From an uncultured Verrucomicrobiae bacterium (GTDB lineage: Bacteria; Verrucomicrobiota; Verrucomicrobiia; Limisphaerales; Palsa-1400), in contig CAVXRD010000005.1 of assembly GCA_963764165.1 (NCBI GenBank), forward strand, positions 1 through 64,000: a stretch of DNA of 64,000 nucleotides. Direction: 5' to 3'. Below are positions 50,381-59,375 of this stretch, piece after piece. Position 1 is the first letter of the stretch, and each line of letters opens with the position of its first letter. The notes under the pieces are model-generated. The model saw nothing but the letters and a program-made list of their open reading frames with translations, did no database searches and had not been told where the DNA came from. Made by a program: the position numbers and the translations under genes.

Positions 50381-51490
50381 ATGACAACCGTATCATCGAT
50401 TGTTCAGCCGGGGCCAGAGGCGAAAACAGCGCCGGGGGCGGCGGGCCAGGAGTGCTGCGGGCCGACCGGCCGCGCCCGCACCAGCAAGATCGCGCGCCTG
50501 CCCGCCGATATCCGCGCTGAATTGAACGAGCGGCTTCTGGAGGCGGAGCCGCCTGCCGCCATTCTGGAATGGCTCAACGGCTTGTCGGAGGTGCAGCGCG
50601 TGCTGGCGCAATCTTTTGACTCCCAGCCCATCACGGAAGTCAACCTCTCGCGCTGGCGCCAGGGCGGTTACGCCGGGTGGCTGGAGCAGCGGAACACGCA
50701 GGAGGCGGTGGAAGCCGTGGCCACGGCCGCCGCCGGGGTGAAAGGTCCGGCGGCGGAAAATCTCAACCGGCATCTGGCGGTCGTATTGAGCGCGCGGCTG
50801 TTCGTGGAGATGCAGCGCTGCGGGGCCATGCCCGAAGGGCCGGACAAAACGGCGTCGCTGCACAAATTGGTGATGTCCTACGCCCTGCTGCGCCGGGCCG
50901 AGTATTATGGCGAGAAGGTGCGGCTCGACCGGGAAAAGCTGAAAATGCTGGAGGAGCGCCTGCGGCAAGAGGCGGAAAAAAACCGCAAGCGCTCGCCCGA
51001 GGAACAGGAGGACCGCATCAACAAAATCCTGGGCACAGGCCGCTTCGCCGCCAACTGGAACAACGACCTAAGACGATGGGAAGGTCCGGGAGCGGCGATG
51101 CGGTATGAGGAGGAGGAAGTCACCCTCCAGGTGCGGACGGAAATGAAGCGGCGCTATCCGAATGGCTTCCCGGAAGGCTACCGCCCTCCCTACGGCGACC
51201 CGCTGCCGGTTTACCCCAAGCTCGTTGACACACCAAAGAGTGTCAATCATTCAGCGCAGACGCCTAGTGTTCCAGCGCGCAGCGATAGCGACAGCCCGCC
51301 CAACAATTCCGTTGGGAACGAGGAACGTGCATCCGCCCCAAGGCAGCGGACAGAACAGGAGCCAGCACGAGTGGATGTTGGGCGGCAACCGACAAATGAA
51401 CACCTTGTCACGATGACGCCTGCGCATGGGGTCGGGCAAACGCATCCAAACCGAATCCCGGAGGGATGTCAGATTGCAGCCGGTGGTTGA
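50381..51490 (+). CDS. Hypothetical protein with Mu gp27/DUF3486-like N-terminus
   Basis: SKIARLP..IR.ELN.RL...ILEWL....NLSRWRQGGY..W; low-complexity tail runs into a REP. Confidence 0.6.
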   Translation: MTTVSSIVQPGPEAKTAPGAAGQECCGPTGRARTSKIARLPADIRAELNERLLEAEPPAAILEWLNGLSEVQRVLAQSFDSQPITEVNLSRWRQGGYAGWLEQRNTQEAVEAVATAAAGVKGPAAENLNRHLAVVLSARLFVEMQRCGAMPEGPDKTASLHKLVMSYALLRRAEYYGEKVRLDREKLKMLEERLRQEAEKNRKRSPEEQEDRINKILGTGRFAANWNNDLRRWEGPGAAMRYEEEEVTLQVRTEMKRRYPNGFPEGYRPPYGDPLPVYPKLVDTPKSVNHSAQTPSVPARSDSDSPPNNSVGNEERASAPRQRTEQEPARVDVGRQPTNEHLVTMTPAHGVGQTHPNRIPEGCQIAAGG

Positions 51491-51691
51491 GCGGCAGCGA
51501 CACCACCGGAAACAAATGCCAAAAATCCCCTCGGACCCTGGAAGGCGTCCCAGCTCCGTCCAAATACCGGCGCCGCATTTGACATCCGATGCTGGCACCC
51601 ACTTCCGGGGTGCATTCCGATTTCTAAATTGTTATCCGGTGGTGTCGCTGACGCTCAACCACCGGCTACAATCTCGGATGCCTCCGGCATC
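51455..51691. repeat. REP doublet (family C)
   Basis: CCGGTGGTTGAGCGGCAGCGACACCACCGG and inverted CCGGTGGTGTCGCTGACGCTCAACCACCGG, with outer ATCCC/GATGCC hairpins. Confidence 0.85.
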
Positions 51692-51764
51692 ACGGACGGA
51701 AACCGCCGAGGCTTAGATGCGTTTGCCCTTTGCCCTTTGCGTTGAAATTCTTACCGCCTGCAAA

Positions 51765-51865
51765 GCGGCTTTTACGGTCCCGGCGCGAGCGGCGGGAATG
51801 GCAGCGGATGAAGACTGATTCCCATTTCCGGATACGAAAGTATCAAAAGTGAGGACTGAAGCCGG
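51765..51865 (+). repeat. 101-bp direct repeat R1, copy 1
   Basis: 7 mismatches versus 53127-53227 (counted by eye); ends CAAAAGTGAGGACTGA. Confidence 0.92.
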
Positions 51866-51927
51866 TGCGGCCGAGCTTCCAAGAAAAGCGACTCGCCTTT
51901 GCTGGTTGCGTGAGACATATTGGTGAT

Positions 51928-52158
51928 ATGGAAGCGACTCTTTTAGAGGCTCAGAAGCTGCGCCCCGAAATCATCCAGCGCATTGAAGCGATGGATGACG
52001 AGAGCTTGCTGTTACTTCACCGCCTTTTGTTGCATTTGGAAAAGGAGCGGCTGTGGCGCGAGTTGTCAGCGGAAGCCGAGGCAGACCGCCGTTCGGGAAA
52101 ATTTGACCGATTGTCCGACCTCGTCCGCGAGGCGCGCGCCGAATTGCGCAAGGGATGA
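51928..52158 (+). CDS. Small antitoxin-like protein
   Basis: 76 aa; ATGA-coupled to the downstream PIN remnant. Confidence 0.6.
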   Translation: MEATLLEAQKLRPEIIQRIEAMDDESLLLLHRLLLHLEKERLWRELSAEAEADRRSGKFDRLSDLVREARAELRKG

Positions 52159-52307
52159 TTGTCTGCCTTGACACCAACACAGTGGTGCAAGCGCTGGCTG
52201 AGGGGCATCCTTATCATCCGATTGTGGTTTACAAGCCGCAGCCCATCACGCCTGGCGAATTCATCTCAAAATTCGTCACAGGCGCTTCGCCCGGTTCGGC
52301 CAAATAA
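52155..52307 (+). pseudogene. Internally deleted PIN-family toxin
   Basis: MIVCLDTNTVV (PIN N-terminus) joined directly to YKPQPITPGEFI (PIN C-terminus); only 50 aa. Confidence 0.7.
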
Positions 52308-52413
52308 TGGGCTTCGATGCCTGCGGCTTTGGGGGCGAAAACTTCCGAAATTCCGATGCGTCTGCCCTGTGCGGGCAATGGGACTTCCCGGGTGGAGTGA
52401 ATGCGCGCTCGTC

Positions 52414-53097
52414 AATCCCAAGGGGATTGAATCATTCAGCCCAGGGTTGGCCGATTCAGAGAGGGCTACCCTGGGAAGGCGTTCGCAGCCACAACCCTGA
52501 AAGGAGTTGCATCAATCCCACACATACCGTTCGTCAAACGCGATTTGGTAACGCCGCAGCAATGCTCTGAATTCATCCTGAAACGAAGTCTTCCGATGAT
52601 GCTCCTCCTGGCCAGCAGTGCAGGCCCGCACCGACTCGATTTGTGAAAAGCCGATGGAAAAAATGCCATAGCCATTCTGCCATGCAAAATCCTGCAAATC
52701 GGTGCATTTGGCTTTTAGCCACAGGGATGAGCCTCGCTTGGACTCCTTGACCATGGCCGCCGCTTCACAAGTGCGCGCCAGCACACAGAGGATATGAATA
52801 TGATCCTCCACTCCGCCGACGATGATGAGCTGGCAATCAAGCTGGGCCAGAATCCCGCCAACGTATCGATGCAACTCCTGGCGCAACGTGGAGTCGCGCA
52901 GGAAGGGGCGGCGATCCTTGGTGGAAAACACCGTGTGAACCAAAATCTTGGCCAGCGATTGCGGCATGGCGTCAGGATGCGCAAAGGCCGGTTTTGATTC
53001 AACCCATTCTGGGTTGGGATTTTATTGCGGTTAACCCAGGGTAGCCCTCTTGGAATCGGGCAACCCCGGGCTACATGATTTCAATCCCGTTGGGATT
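52414..53097 (-). mobile_element. REP-flanked IS200/RAYT-like unit
   Basis: Inverted palindromic flanks AATCCC..GGGATT and CCCAGGGT..ACCCTGGG at 52414-52510 and 53001-53097. Confidence 0.75.
52512..52967 (-). CDS. IS200/IS605-family Y1 transposase (TnpA/RAYT-like), catalytic Tyr apparently replaced by Cys
   Basis: H.VFSTK.R, EDHIHIL (HUH), FAWQ.GYG.FS, VRACTAGQEEHH. Confidence 0.88.
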   Translation of the reverse strand: MPQSLAKILVHTVFSTKDRRPFLRDSTLRQELHRYVGGILAQLDCQLIIVGGVEDHIHILCVLARTCEAAAMVKESKRGSSLWLKAKCTDLQDFAWQNGYGIFSIGFSQIESVRACTAGQEEHHRKTSFQDEFRALLRRYQIAFDERYVWD

Positions 53098-53126
53098 GCT
53101 GGGCGGGCTGCAAGCAGTAACACGAC

Positions 53127-53227
53127 GCGGTTTTTACGGCCCCGGCGCGAGCGGCGGGAATGGCAGCGGATGAAGACTGATTCCCATTTCCGGATACAAA
53201 CGTGTCAAAAGCGAGGACTGACGCCGG
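53127..53227 (+). repeat. 101-bp direct repeat R1, copy 2
   Basis: Near-identical to 51765-51865. Confidence 0.92.
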
Positions 53228-53254
53228 CACCCCAAGTTTTTGAGCTAACGCAAT

Positions 53255-54421
53255 TTAAGCTAGCTTAGTAAGTTTTTCAAATTCTAACGCAATCTCAGCT
53301 GGGTTAGGCACATTGGCAAGAGTAATCATCACGTTAGCTTCATATTTTTCGCCCCTTCGTTCGGCTTCTAGGACTTTGGAGATTTCGGCATCGACAGTGC
53401 CAGGAATGCCTTCAATTTTCTGAATCGAATCCTTGGAAAACTCAGAAATCAGATGCAGCAAGCGTTCGCATTCAGGTCTAGTATCCGCACAATTAAACTC
53501 AATCGTCCATTCAAGGAGAGCTTTCCGAATTCGAGCGAGGCGTTGGGCAACATAGAGAAGATGTTCCGGATCGCCGGCTTCGCCAGGCTTGCCTAGTGCT
53601 TCCTTCAAGGCGATATTCATCAATTTCCCCCAAGAATCGACCAAAGCTGCGATTTGACCATATTTCGCGATAATCCATTGAGACAATACATATAAATCTT
53701 CGAGCTTTTGGACGGAGGCCAATTTAAGACCATACTGTAAATCCCATTTGAATTGTCGATCACGAGCCATCTCGTCCAACAATACCGAGCTAAAGAAAAA
53801 GAATTCCCACCCTTTTGGACGCTCCATGAGCAGCTTTAAAGACTTTCCAGAAAGTGAGAGCAATGGTTCGGAAAGTTTAAGCGCTTGAACCTTCTCGAGA
53901 AGCACTAATCCCTCCATAAATAAGTATCCGAGTTGACTGCGAAGCGTTCCAGTGATGTGAATAACCTCTTCAAACTCAAAAACCCAATGATTCTTGGAGC
54001 TTCGTAAAGTTTCAATAAATTCAAATACCTTTGTTGTATCCACTCTACTAGAGTAATCAGAATTCGGATTCGCCTTCCAAATAGGCAGAATGTTTAGGAT
54101 TTCTTTTAAGACGAAAACAAATATAGGTATTCCCTTTGCCCTGGCCTCAAGATACTCTAGGTTCGTGATGGATTTACCTGTTTCGTTTGTTGAGCCATAC
54201 CGAGCACCTACTATTAGCACGAAAATATCAGCCTTCTCTCTCACCGCACGCAAACAATTCTCAACCGGACTGATATGTGGGGTAACAGGAAACGCTGGTG
54301 TTTCAGAAAGAATGGGATCGAAACCCATGTCGATCAAAAATCTCCGCATATCAGCACGGACTTGATTGAGATCAAAACAAGTCGAGCTGACGAAAGCTGT
54401 TGGTGCATATCCTTTCGGCAT
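53255..54421 (-). CDS. DUF4062 (TIR-like fold) domain protein
   Basis: FVSST.FDL..VR, DIFVLIVG.RYGS, SIT.LEY.EA..KGIPIFVF; AT-rich. Confidence 0.85.
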   Translation of the reverse strand: MPKGYAPTAFVSSTCFDLNQVRADMRRFLIDMGFDPILSETPAFPVTPHISPVENCLRAVREKADIFVLIVGARYGSTNETGKSITNLEYLEARAKGIPIFVFVLKEILNILPIWKANPNSDYSSRVDTTKVFEFIETLRSSKNHWVFEFEEVIHITGTLRSQLGYLFMEGLVLLEKVQALKLSEPLLSLSGKSLKLLMERPKGWEFFFFSSVLLDEMARDRQFKWDLQYGLKLASVQKLEDLYVLSQWIIAKYGQIAALVDSWGKLMNIALKEALGKPGEAGDPEHLLYVAQRLARIRKALLEWTIEFNCADTRPECERLLHLISEFSKDSIQKIEGIPGTVDAEISKVLEAERRGEKYEANVMITLANVPNPAEIALEFEKLTKLA

Positions 54422-54513
54422 AGTGTTGGGTAACAGATCGCCCTTGCTCTGTCGATTCGAGATTTTATCTCGCAGGCATTAGTCCGCCGCACCACTCGCG
54501 TGCAGGAGTGCAC

Positions 54514-54567
54514 GTGTCACTCATTAGGGCGTTATGTCAACAGATAAAACGCCCTAATGGGTGACAC
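54514..54567. repeat. 20-bp inverted repeat between the SIR2-like and DUF4062 genes
   Basis: GTGTCACTCATTAGGGCGTT / AACGCCCTAATGGGTGACAC, one mismatch, 14-nt loop. Confidence 0.85.
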
Positions 54568-54574
54568 TGGCGCC

Positions 54575-55774
54575 TTATGGGGCAACCTCATTCATCTCTT
54601 TCTTGATGAATTCGCTAAAATCGCTGACAACCTTAATATCGTCAGCCTTTTTGTACATATTTGGCGCAACCTCCTTGAGCATCTCATTTAGGTAATACGC
54701 TGGACTGCTCGGAGTCTGCCTCCAGTTCGCACTTAGAGGATTTGCCATAACAACTTCGACCTGGGAACCCTTCCCATCGAACAGATATTCCAAACCACCT
54801 TTCAAAAATGGATGAACAGATAGACCGACAAACGATATTTTCCTTGCCGCTTCAATTTCTCGTTTCGCTCTTTCCCATATGCCCTTAAATAAGGTGTATG
54901 TCGTTCGGTTTTGCATGAAAAATTTATCTAATCCGATAAATTGTTTTTTCTCAAGTATCTCCCACGGGAATATAATTGGAGGTACGAATTTCGCCCCGTC
55001 GGCTTCAAATAGTGCCTTCGCTCTATCATGCTCGTTTGCTTCAAATAACGTCCCATACTTCGCCTCGGAACCCCTTGCACCATGCTCGCATATAGTGCCG
55101 TGAAGTTGAAGAACACAAAAGCTCTGATTAGGTGAATCATTACTAAGCCATTCACGATCCAATGGTGAATAAAATCCACTTGTGACTGCATTTAATTGAA
55201 TTTCATGTTGCTTATGAGCTGCCATAGCATCCGAGTCCACTATCGCCGCAGGGCCGCCATGTTCACAAACGTATCGTCGAATGGTTAAGGCACGATGTAG
55301 CAAATACTCAAGATAAGGATCATAGTTGTATGTAAGAATTGTTATATCCTCTCGAAGTTTCGCAAGATCTTCCTTAAATAGAGCCTGCATGAATGGATAA
55401 TAGTCCGATTTCTCGAAATTGTCCTCGGGGTTGAATATGCCCAATGCCGCTCTTACAAAAGTTCTAAGTCCGTTGATTTTATGCTGATAACTAGGCGTCT
55501 TGTCTGCGAGTTTGCAAAATTCATCCAATGTCGCAAAACCACCGGTCCTAAACAGCTTTAGTGCCTCTTCGTGTATGTTCCAAAACGGTATTCCTTTATT
55601 CAAAATCGAGCCCTGGGGTAACTTACGGTCTTCTTCGTATTTTAGCAGAGCTTCCTCCCAATGTTTCTTCGATGACATTAGAAGCCTCAATCCGTTCGCG
55701 AGTGGATACCCCGAGCTCACAGAGGCTCCAGCGCCAAGGAAAATAACGTGTTTGCCGTACTTGCCGTTTGCCAT
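54575..55774 (-). CDS. SIR2-like domain protein
   Basis: VIFLGAGASV..GYPL, ILTYNYD, LQLHG, C-terminal FVGLS; AT-rich. Confidence 0.8.
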   Translation of the reverse strand: MANGKYGKHVIFLGAGASVSSGYPLANGLRLLMSSKKHWEEALLKYEEDRKLPQGSILNKGIPFWNIHEEALKLFRTGGFATLDEFCKLADKTPSYQHKINGLRTFVRAALGIFNPEDNFEKSDYYPFMQALFKEDLAKLREDITILTYNYDPYLEYLLHRALTIRRYVCEHGGPAAIVDSDAMAAHKQHEIQLNAVTSGFYSPLDREWLSNDSPNQSFCVLQLHGTICEHGARGSEAKYGTLFEANEHDRAKALFEADGAKFVPPIIFPWEILEKKQFIGLDKFFMQNRTTYTLFKGIWERAKREIEAARKISFVGLSVHPFLKGGLEYLFDGKGSQVEVVMANPLSANWRQTPSSPAYYLNEMLKEVAPNMYKKADDIKVVSDFSEFIKKEMNEVAP

Positions 55775-55925
55775 AAACAACGAGTCAACAAGTTACTCCC
55801 GAGAATGTCCAGCGAGAATTTGAGAATGGGCATACTCCCCGGAGGAGCGAGTAAAGATTTTTACGCCCTCTGCCTCACGTACCAACATTCAGAGAACGGG
55901 AGTTATGATGCAATGCAGCGTCACC

Positions 55926-56003
55926 CCTCACTTTTTGCACAAATGAGACCGGCTGGAATTTCGGCGGCTCCAAGAGGAGTTCCCGCCTTCGCCAAGGCTA
56001 CGG
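55926..56003 (+). repeat. ~78-bp direct repeat R2, copy 1
   Basis: Near-identical to 56679-56757; begins CCTCACTTTTTG, the inverse of the R1 end. Confidence 0.9.
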
Positions 56004-56102
56004 CGCGACAAGTCCGCGGTCGCGCTTTTCGCGTTTTGGGCGGGCTAAAGTCGAAAGTATTGTCTGTCCGCCAGTGCTGAGATGTGGTAGGCATGAACAG
56101 AT

Positions 56103-56327
56103 ATGGATTACCGAAAGATTATCACCATTGAGGCTGGCAAGCGCGGCGGGCGTCCGTGCATTCGGAGGATGCGGATTGCCGTGGCCGACGTGCTGGGCTG
56201 GCTGGCCGCGGGGATGACGCACGCTGAAATCATTGGCGACTTTCCTGAATTGACGGAGGAAGACATTCGGGCATGCCTCGAATACGCCGCTGAACGTGAA
56301 CGCCGCCTTGTCACTGTGGCCGAATGA
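56103..56327 (+). CDS. DUF433-family antitoxin
   Basis: GKRGGRPCIR.MRI.V.DVL..LA.GM...EII.DFP.LT.EDI.ACL.YAA. Confidence 0.92.
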   Translation: MDYRKIITIEAGKRGGRPCIRRMRIAVADVLGWLAAGMTHAEIIGDFPELTEEDIRACLEYAAERERRLVTVAE

Positions 56328-56655
56328 AGCTGCTCTTCGACCAGAACTTGAGTTCAAATTGGCGAAGAAGCTGGGGGATATATTCCCAGAGTCGGAACAA
56401 GTGAGATTGGTCGGAATGCATGAAGCCGGGGACGACGAAATTTGGGAATACGCGCGGGTGCATGGGTTCACAGTGGTTTCGAAGGATTCAGACTTCGACG
56501 AACGCAGCGCATTGCTCGGGCATCCGCCCAAGGTCGTATGGTTGCGGTGCGGCAACCAAACGACGGCGCGCATAGAACAGTTGATTCGCTTGCGCCTGAA
56601 CGAGATTCGCAGCTTTGAGTTGAACGAAACGGCAGGCTGCATTGAAATTTACTAG
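56324..56655 (+). pseudogene. DUF5615 PIN-like toxin with a 1-nt frameshift
   Basis: MKLLFDQNLS in one frame continues as FKLAKKL..D.EIWEYA..VSKDSDF..PPKVVWLR in another; break near 56352. Confidence 0.8.
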
Positions 56656-56678
56656 CCAAAGTGGCGTGCCATGCAGGT

Positions 56679-56757
56679 CCTCACTTTTTGCGCTAAATGA
56701 GACCGGCTGGAATTTTGGCGGCTCCAAGAGGAGTTCCCGCCTTCGCTAAAGCTACGG
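56679..56757 (+). repeat. Direct repeat R2, copy 2
   Basis: Near-identical to 55926-56003. Confidence 0.9.
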
Positions 56758-56925
56758 ACGACGGGACGGATGACAGGAGGCTTCTGCCTTCGCGCTTTGG
56801 CGGGTGGGCGAGCAACAGGTCAAATTATGGGGCTGACGCTTGCGCATGGGAGATATTCGGCTCTTCGACCACGAGGCGCGATTTCCTGACTTGCTTGGTT
56901 GCGCGCTGCCGATTATGTTTCTGTC

Positions 56926-57147
56926 ATGGTTATCATACGATTTGCCGATCAAGAGTCCAAAAGGAAGGCTCTCGGTTACATCGCCAGGCGCTTCTCCGGC
57001 AAGAGTTGGTCTACGGGCGAAGTGATGGTGCCCGAAGCGGCTTTGCCCGTGCTCGCCGCAGAATGCTTCCAGTTCACTGTCGAAGGTCCGGCCACTTATG
57101 AGCGCCTCACGTCGTTACGAGATACTCCTGCCGCTGCGGTTCAATGA
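56926..57147 (+). CDS. Small hypothetical protein (first gene of a TA-like pair)
   Basis: 73-aa ORF overlapping the next small ORF. Confidence 0.55.
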   Translation: MVIIRFADQESKRKALGYIARRFSGKSWSTGEVMVPEAALPVLAAECFQFTVEGPATYERLTSLRDTPAAAVQ

Positions 57148-57301
57148 CGGGCAATCGGTGCCAGACGCGCTCATCTCCGACACGCTCATTGAATTGGAAA
57201 ACCACTTTGGCGCGGTTTCGTGGGAAACTCAGGTCATTCGCGGGCGGTGGCGGCATGAGGAAGATGTCTTTTCTGACGATTTGATGCGGATCTGTGTGTG
57301 A
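57098..57301 (+). CDS. Small hypothetical protein, possibly 3'-truncated
   Basis: RRYEILLPLRFNDG..VP motif; stops at a repeat-like junction (AAAAGTGAC). Confidence 0.55.
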   Translation: MSASRRYEILLPLRFNDGQSVPDALISDTLIELENHFGAVSWETQVIRGRWRHEEDVFSDDLMRICV

Positions 57302-57485
57302 AAGGGTCCTAGAAAAGTGACAATTCAATTGTGGCTTTGGCGGCGGTAGCCGTTTTGGTAAATTTGACCGGAATGAAATATGGAATTTTCTAGGACTGCC
57401 CTTTCACTTTTCTTTCAACACAACATACGACCAACCAGCCCTATAAAAACTTGAGGTTTCCGCAGAGCCGCGCACAATCCTTCCC

Positions 57486-59306
57486 GTGAACCGACTTCAC
57501 ATTTTCCGGGGAATCGCGGTGGTGGCTTTGGCATTTTGCGCCATGGGCGCAATGGGCGATTCAACTGAACCCCAACACCCCGGCTCCGACGAACTGATTA
57601 ACTTCAGCCTGCTGGATTATAAGGGCAGATATTACGAATTGCGGCGGGTGGATGCCCGGGCGGTCGTTTTGTTTTTCACCGGCAATGGCTGCCCGGTCGC
57701 GCGGCAGAGCATCGAGAAACTCAAGTCGTTGCGAGAGCGCTATGCGGAGAAAGGCGTGGCCGTTTGGATGATCAACTCCGTGGCCGGGGATGATCGCGAT
57801 AGCATCGAAAAGGAAGCCCAGGAATTTAAAGAGAATCCGCTTCCGGTGTTGATTGACGAAACCCAGGAAATCGCCCGCTTGCTGGAAGTGAAGCGGACTG
57901 CGGAAACGATCTGCATCAGCACGGCCAATTGGAAGGTCTTCTATCGCGGCGCGCTTGACGATCAATTGGCCGAGGGCGCTCAGAAGCCCGAGCCGGCCGA
58001 AAAATACGTCGAAACGGCGCTGGATCAGTTTTTGGCGTCGGAGAGCATCACGCGGCCCAGCACGGTGGGGCGCGGATGCCTGATCACCTACACGGCGCCC
58101 GAGGGACACGGGGCGGGGCCGGTTTGGTACACCAAGGAAATCGCCCCCTTGCTTCAAAGCAAATGCGTGGTGTGCCATTCCCCCGGCAATATCGGCCCCT
58201 TCGCCATGTCGAGCTATCAAAAAGTAAAAGGGCGCGCGGATATGATCCGAGAGGTGCTGGTTGACCGGAGGATGCCGCCGTGGGATGCCGACCCGCGTTT
58301 TGGCCACTTCTCAAATGACCGCTCGATGACCGTAGCGCAAACGAAGACGTTGCTGCGCTGGATTGATGAAGGCGCTCCACAGGATGCGGGGCCTGATCCT
58401 TTGGCGCAATCTGTGCCGGAGTCGCCGCGCTGGCCGATGGGCCAGCCTGATTACATCATCAAGCTGCCGGTTCCCCAGCAAATCCCGGCGACCGGCGTTT
58501 TCGAATACCGCTACGTCGATGTTCCTTCGCCAGTGACCAATGACGTCTGGCTGGCGGGGGCTGTTTTTCGGCCGGACAACCACCGGGTGGTTCATCATTT
58601 GATTGTCCGCGCCAAATATGAAAAGACGCCGAAACAGGCCAAAGATGATGTTTTTCTGACCGGCTGGGCGCCGGGCATTGATTACTGGGCGTATCCCGAA
58701 GGAACGGGGAAATTTCTGGGCAAGGGAGCGACGCTGAATTTTGAACTGCACTACACCGCCGATGGCAAGCCCGAGACGGACCAAAGCGAGCTGGGCCTTT
58801 ATGTGATGAAGTCGCCGCCCAAACTAGCCCTGCAAACGACCGCCGCCGTGAACTGGGACCTGGTGGTGCCGCCGCATGAGGCGGAAGCGCCCAGCTACGC
58901 CATCTGCGGATTTGACCACGAAACGGTGCTTTATGATTTGGCGCCGCACATGCACCTGCGGGGCGCGTGGTTCAAATTCGAGGCTCTTTACCCAACTGGC
59001 AAGCGGGAAACGCTGCTCTCGGTGCCGCGCTATGATTTCAACTGGCAAACCATTTACCGCCTGGCCGAACCCAAAGTGATGCCGGCCGGCTCGTGGATTT
59101 TTTGCACCGGCGGCTTTGATAATTCCACGCGGAACCCAGCCAATCCCAATCCCGACAAACGAATCAAGTGGGGGGACCAATCGTTTGACGAAATGTTTAT
59201 AGGATTTATGGATGTGGCGAAATTGCCTTCCGCGAAAAGCTCGGCCAAACAGGATCGGGCGGAAGTGGAAGCGGGAACAGAGACGGGCCGCGCTCTCAGC
59301 CAGTAG
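57486..59306 (+). CDS. Exported redoxin + cytochrome c-like + copper monooxygenase-like protein
   Basis: GCP redoxin and YRG.LDD; CVVCH heme motif; VHH, PHMH.RG, YDFNWQ, DEM. Confidence 0.8.
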   Translation: MNRLHIFRGIAVVALAFCAMGAMGDSTEPQHPGSDELINFSLLDYKGRYYELRRVDARAVVLFFTGNGCPVARQSIEKLKSLRERYAEKGVAVWMINSVAGDDRDSIEKEAQEFKENPLPVLIDETQEIARLLEVKRTAETICISTANWKVFYRGALDDQLAEGAQKPEPAEKYVETALDQFLASESITRPSTVGRGCLITYTAPEGHGAGPVWYTKEIAPLLQSKCVVCHSPGNIGPFAMSSYQKVKGRADMIREVLVDRRMPPWDADPRFGHFSNDRSMTVAQTKTLLRWIDEGAPQDAGPDPLAQSVPESPRWPMGQPDYIIKLPVPQQIPATGVFEYRYVDVPSPVTNDVWLAGAVFRPDNHRVVHHLIVRAKYEKTPKQAKDDVFLTGWAPGIDYWAYPEGTGKFLGKGATLNFELHYTADGKPETDQSELGLYVMKSPPKLALQTTAAVNWDLVVPPHEAEAPSYAICGFDHETVLYDLAPHMHLRGAWFKFEALYPTGKRETLLSVPRYDFNWQTIYRLAEPKVMPAGSWIFCTGGFDNSTRNPANPNPDKRIKWGDQSFDEMFIGFMDVAKLPSAKSSAKQDRAEVEAGTETGRALSQ

Positions 59307-59375
59307 GTTTCGTTGTCCCCATTCGCCGCCCACAGATGAATGGGAATTTGAAGCCGCAATTCCTTTAGGGAAGGA

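Noticed and set aside
53050..53268. 72-aa ORF spanning R1
   Set aside because: Made up of REP and repeat sequence; at most the vestigial 3' end of a gene
53255..55774. Calling the pair canonical Thoeris (thsA/thsB)
   Set aside because: No SLOG or Macro domain was recognised and DUF4062 is not ThsB; a hairpin separates the genes
56296..56655. Intact 119-aa toxin ORF from the ORF track
   Set aside because: Its N-terminus is out-of-frame DUF433 sequence; the family start MKLLFDQNLS is in another frame
50381..57301. Prophage or classical integron
   Set aside because: No structural, terminase-large or tyrosine-integrase genes; the repeats lack obvious RYYYAAC...GTTRRRY attC ends
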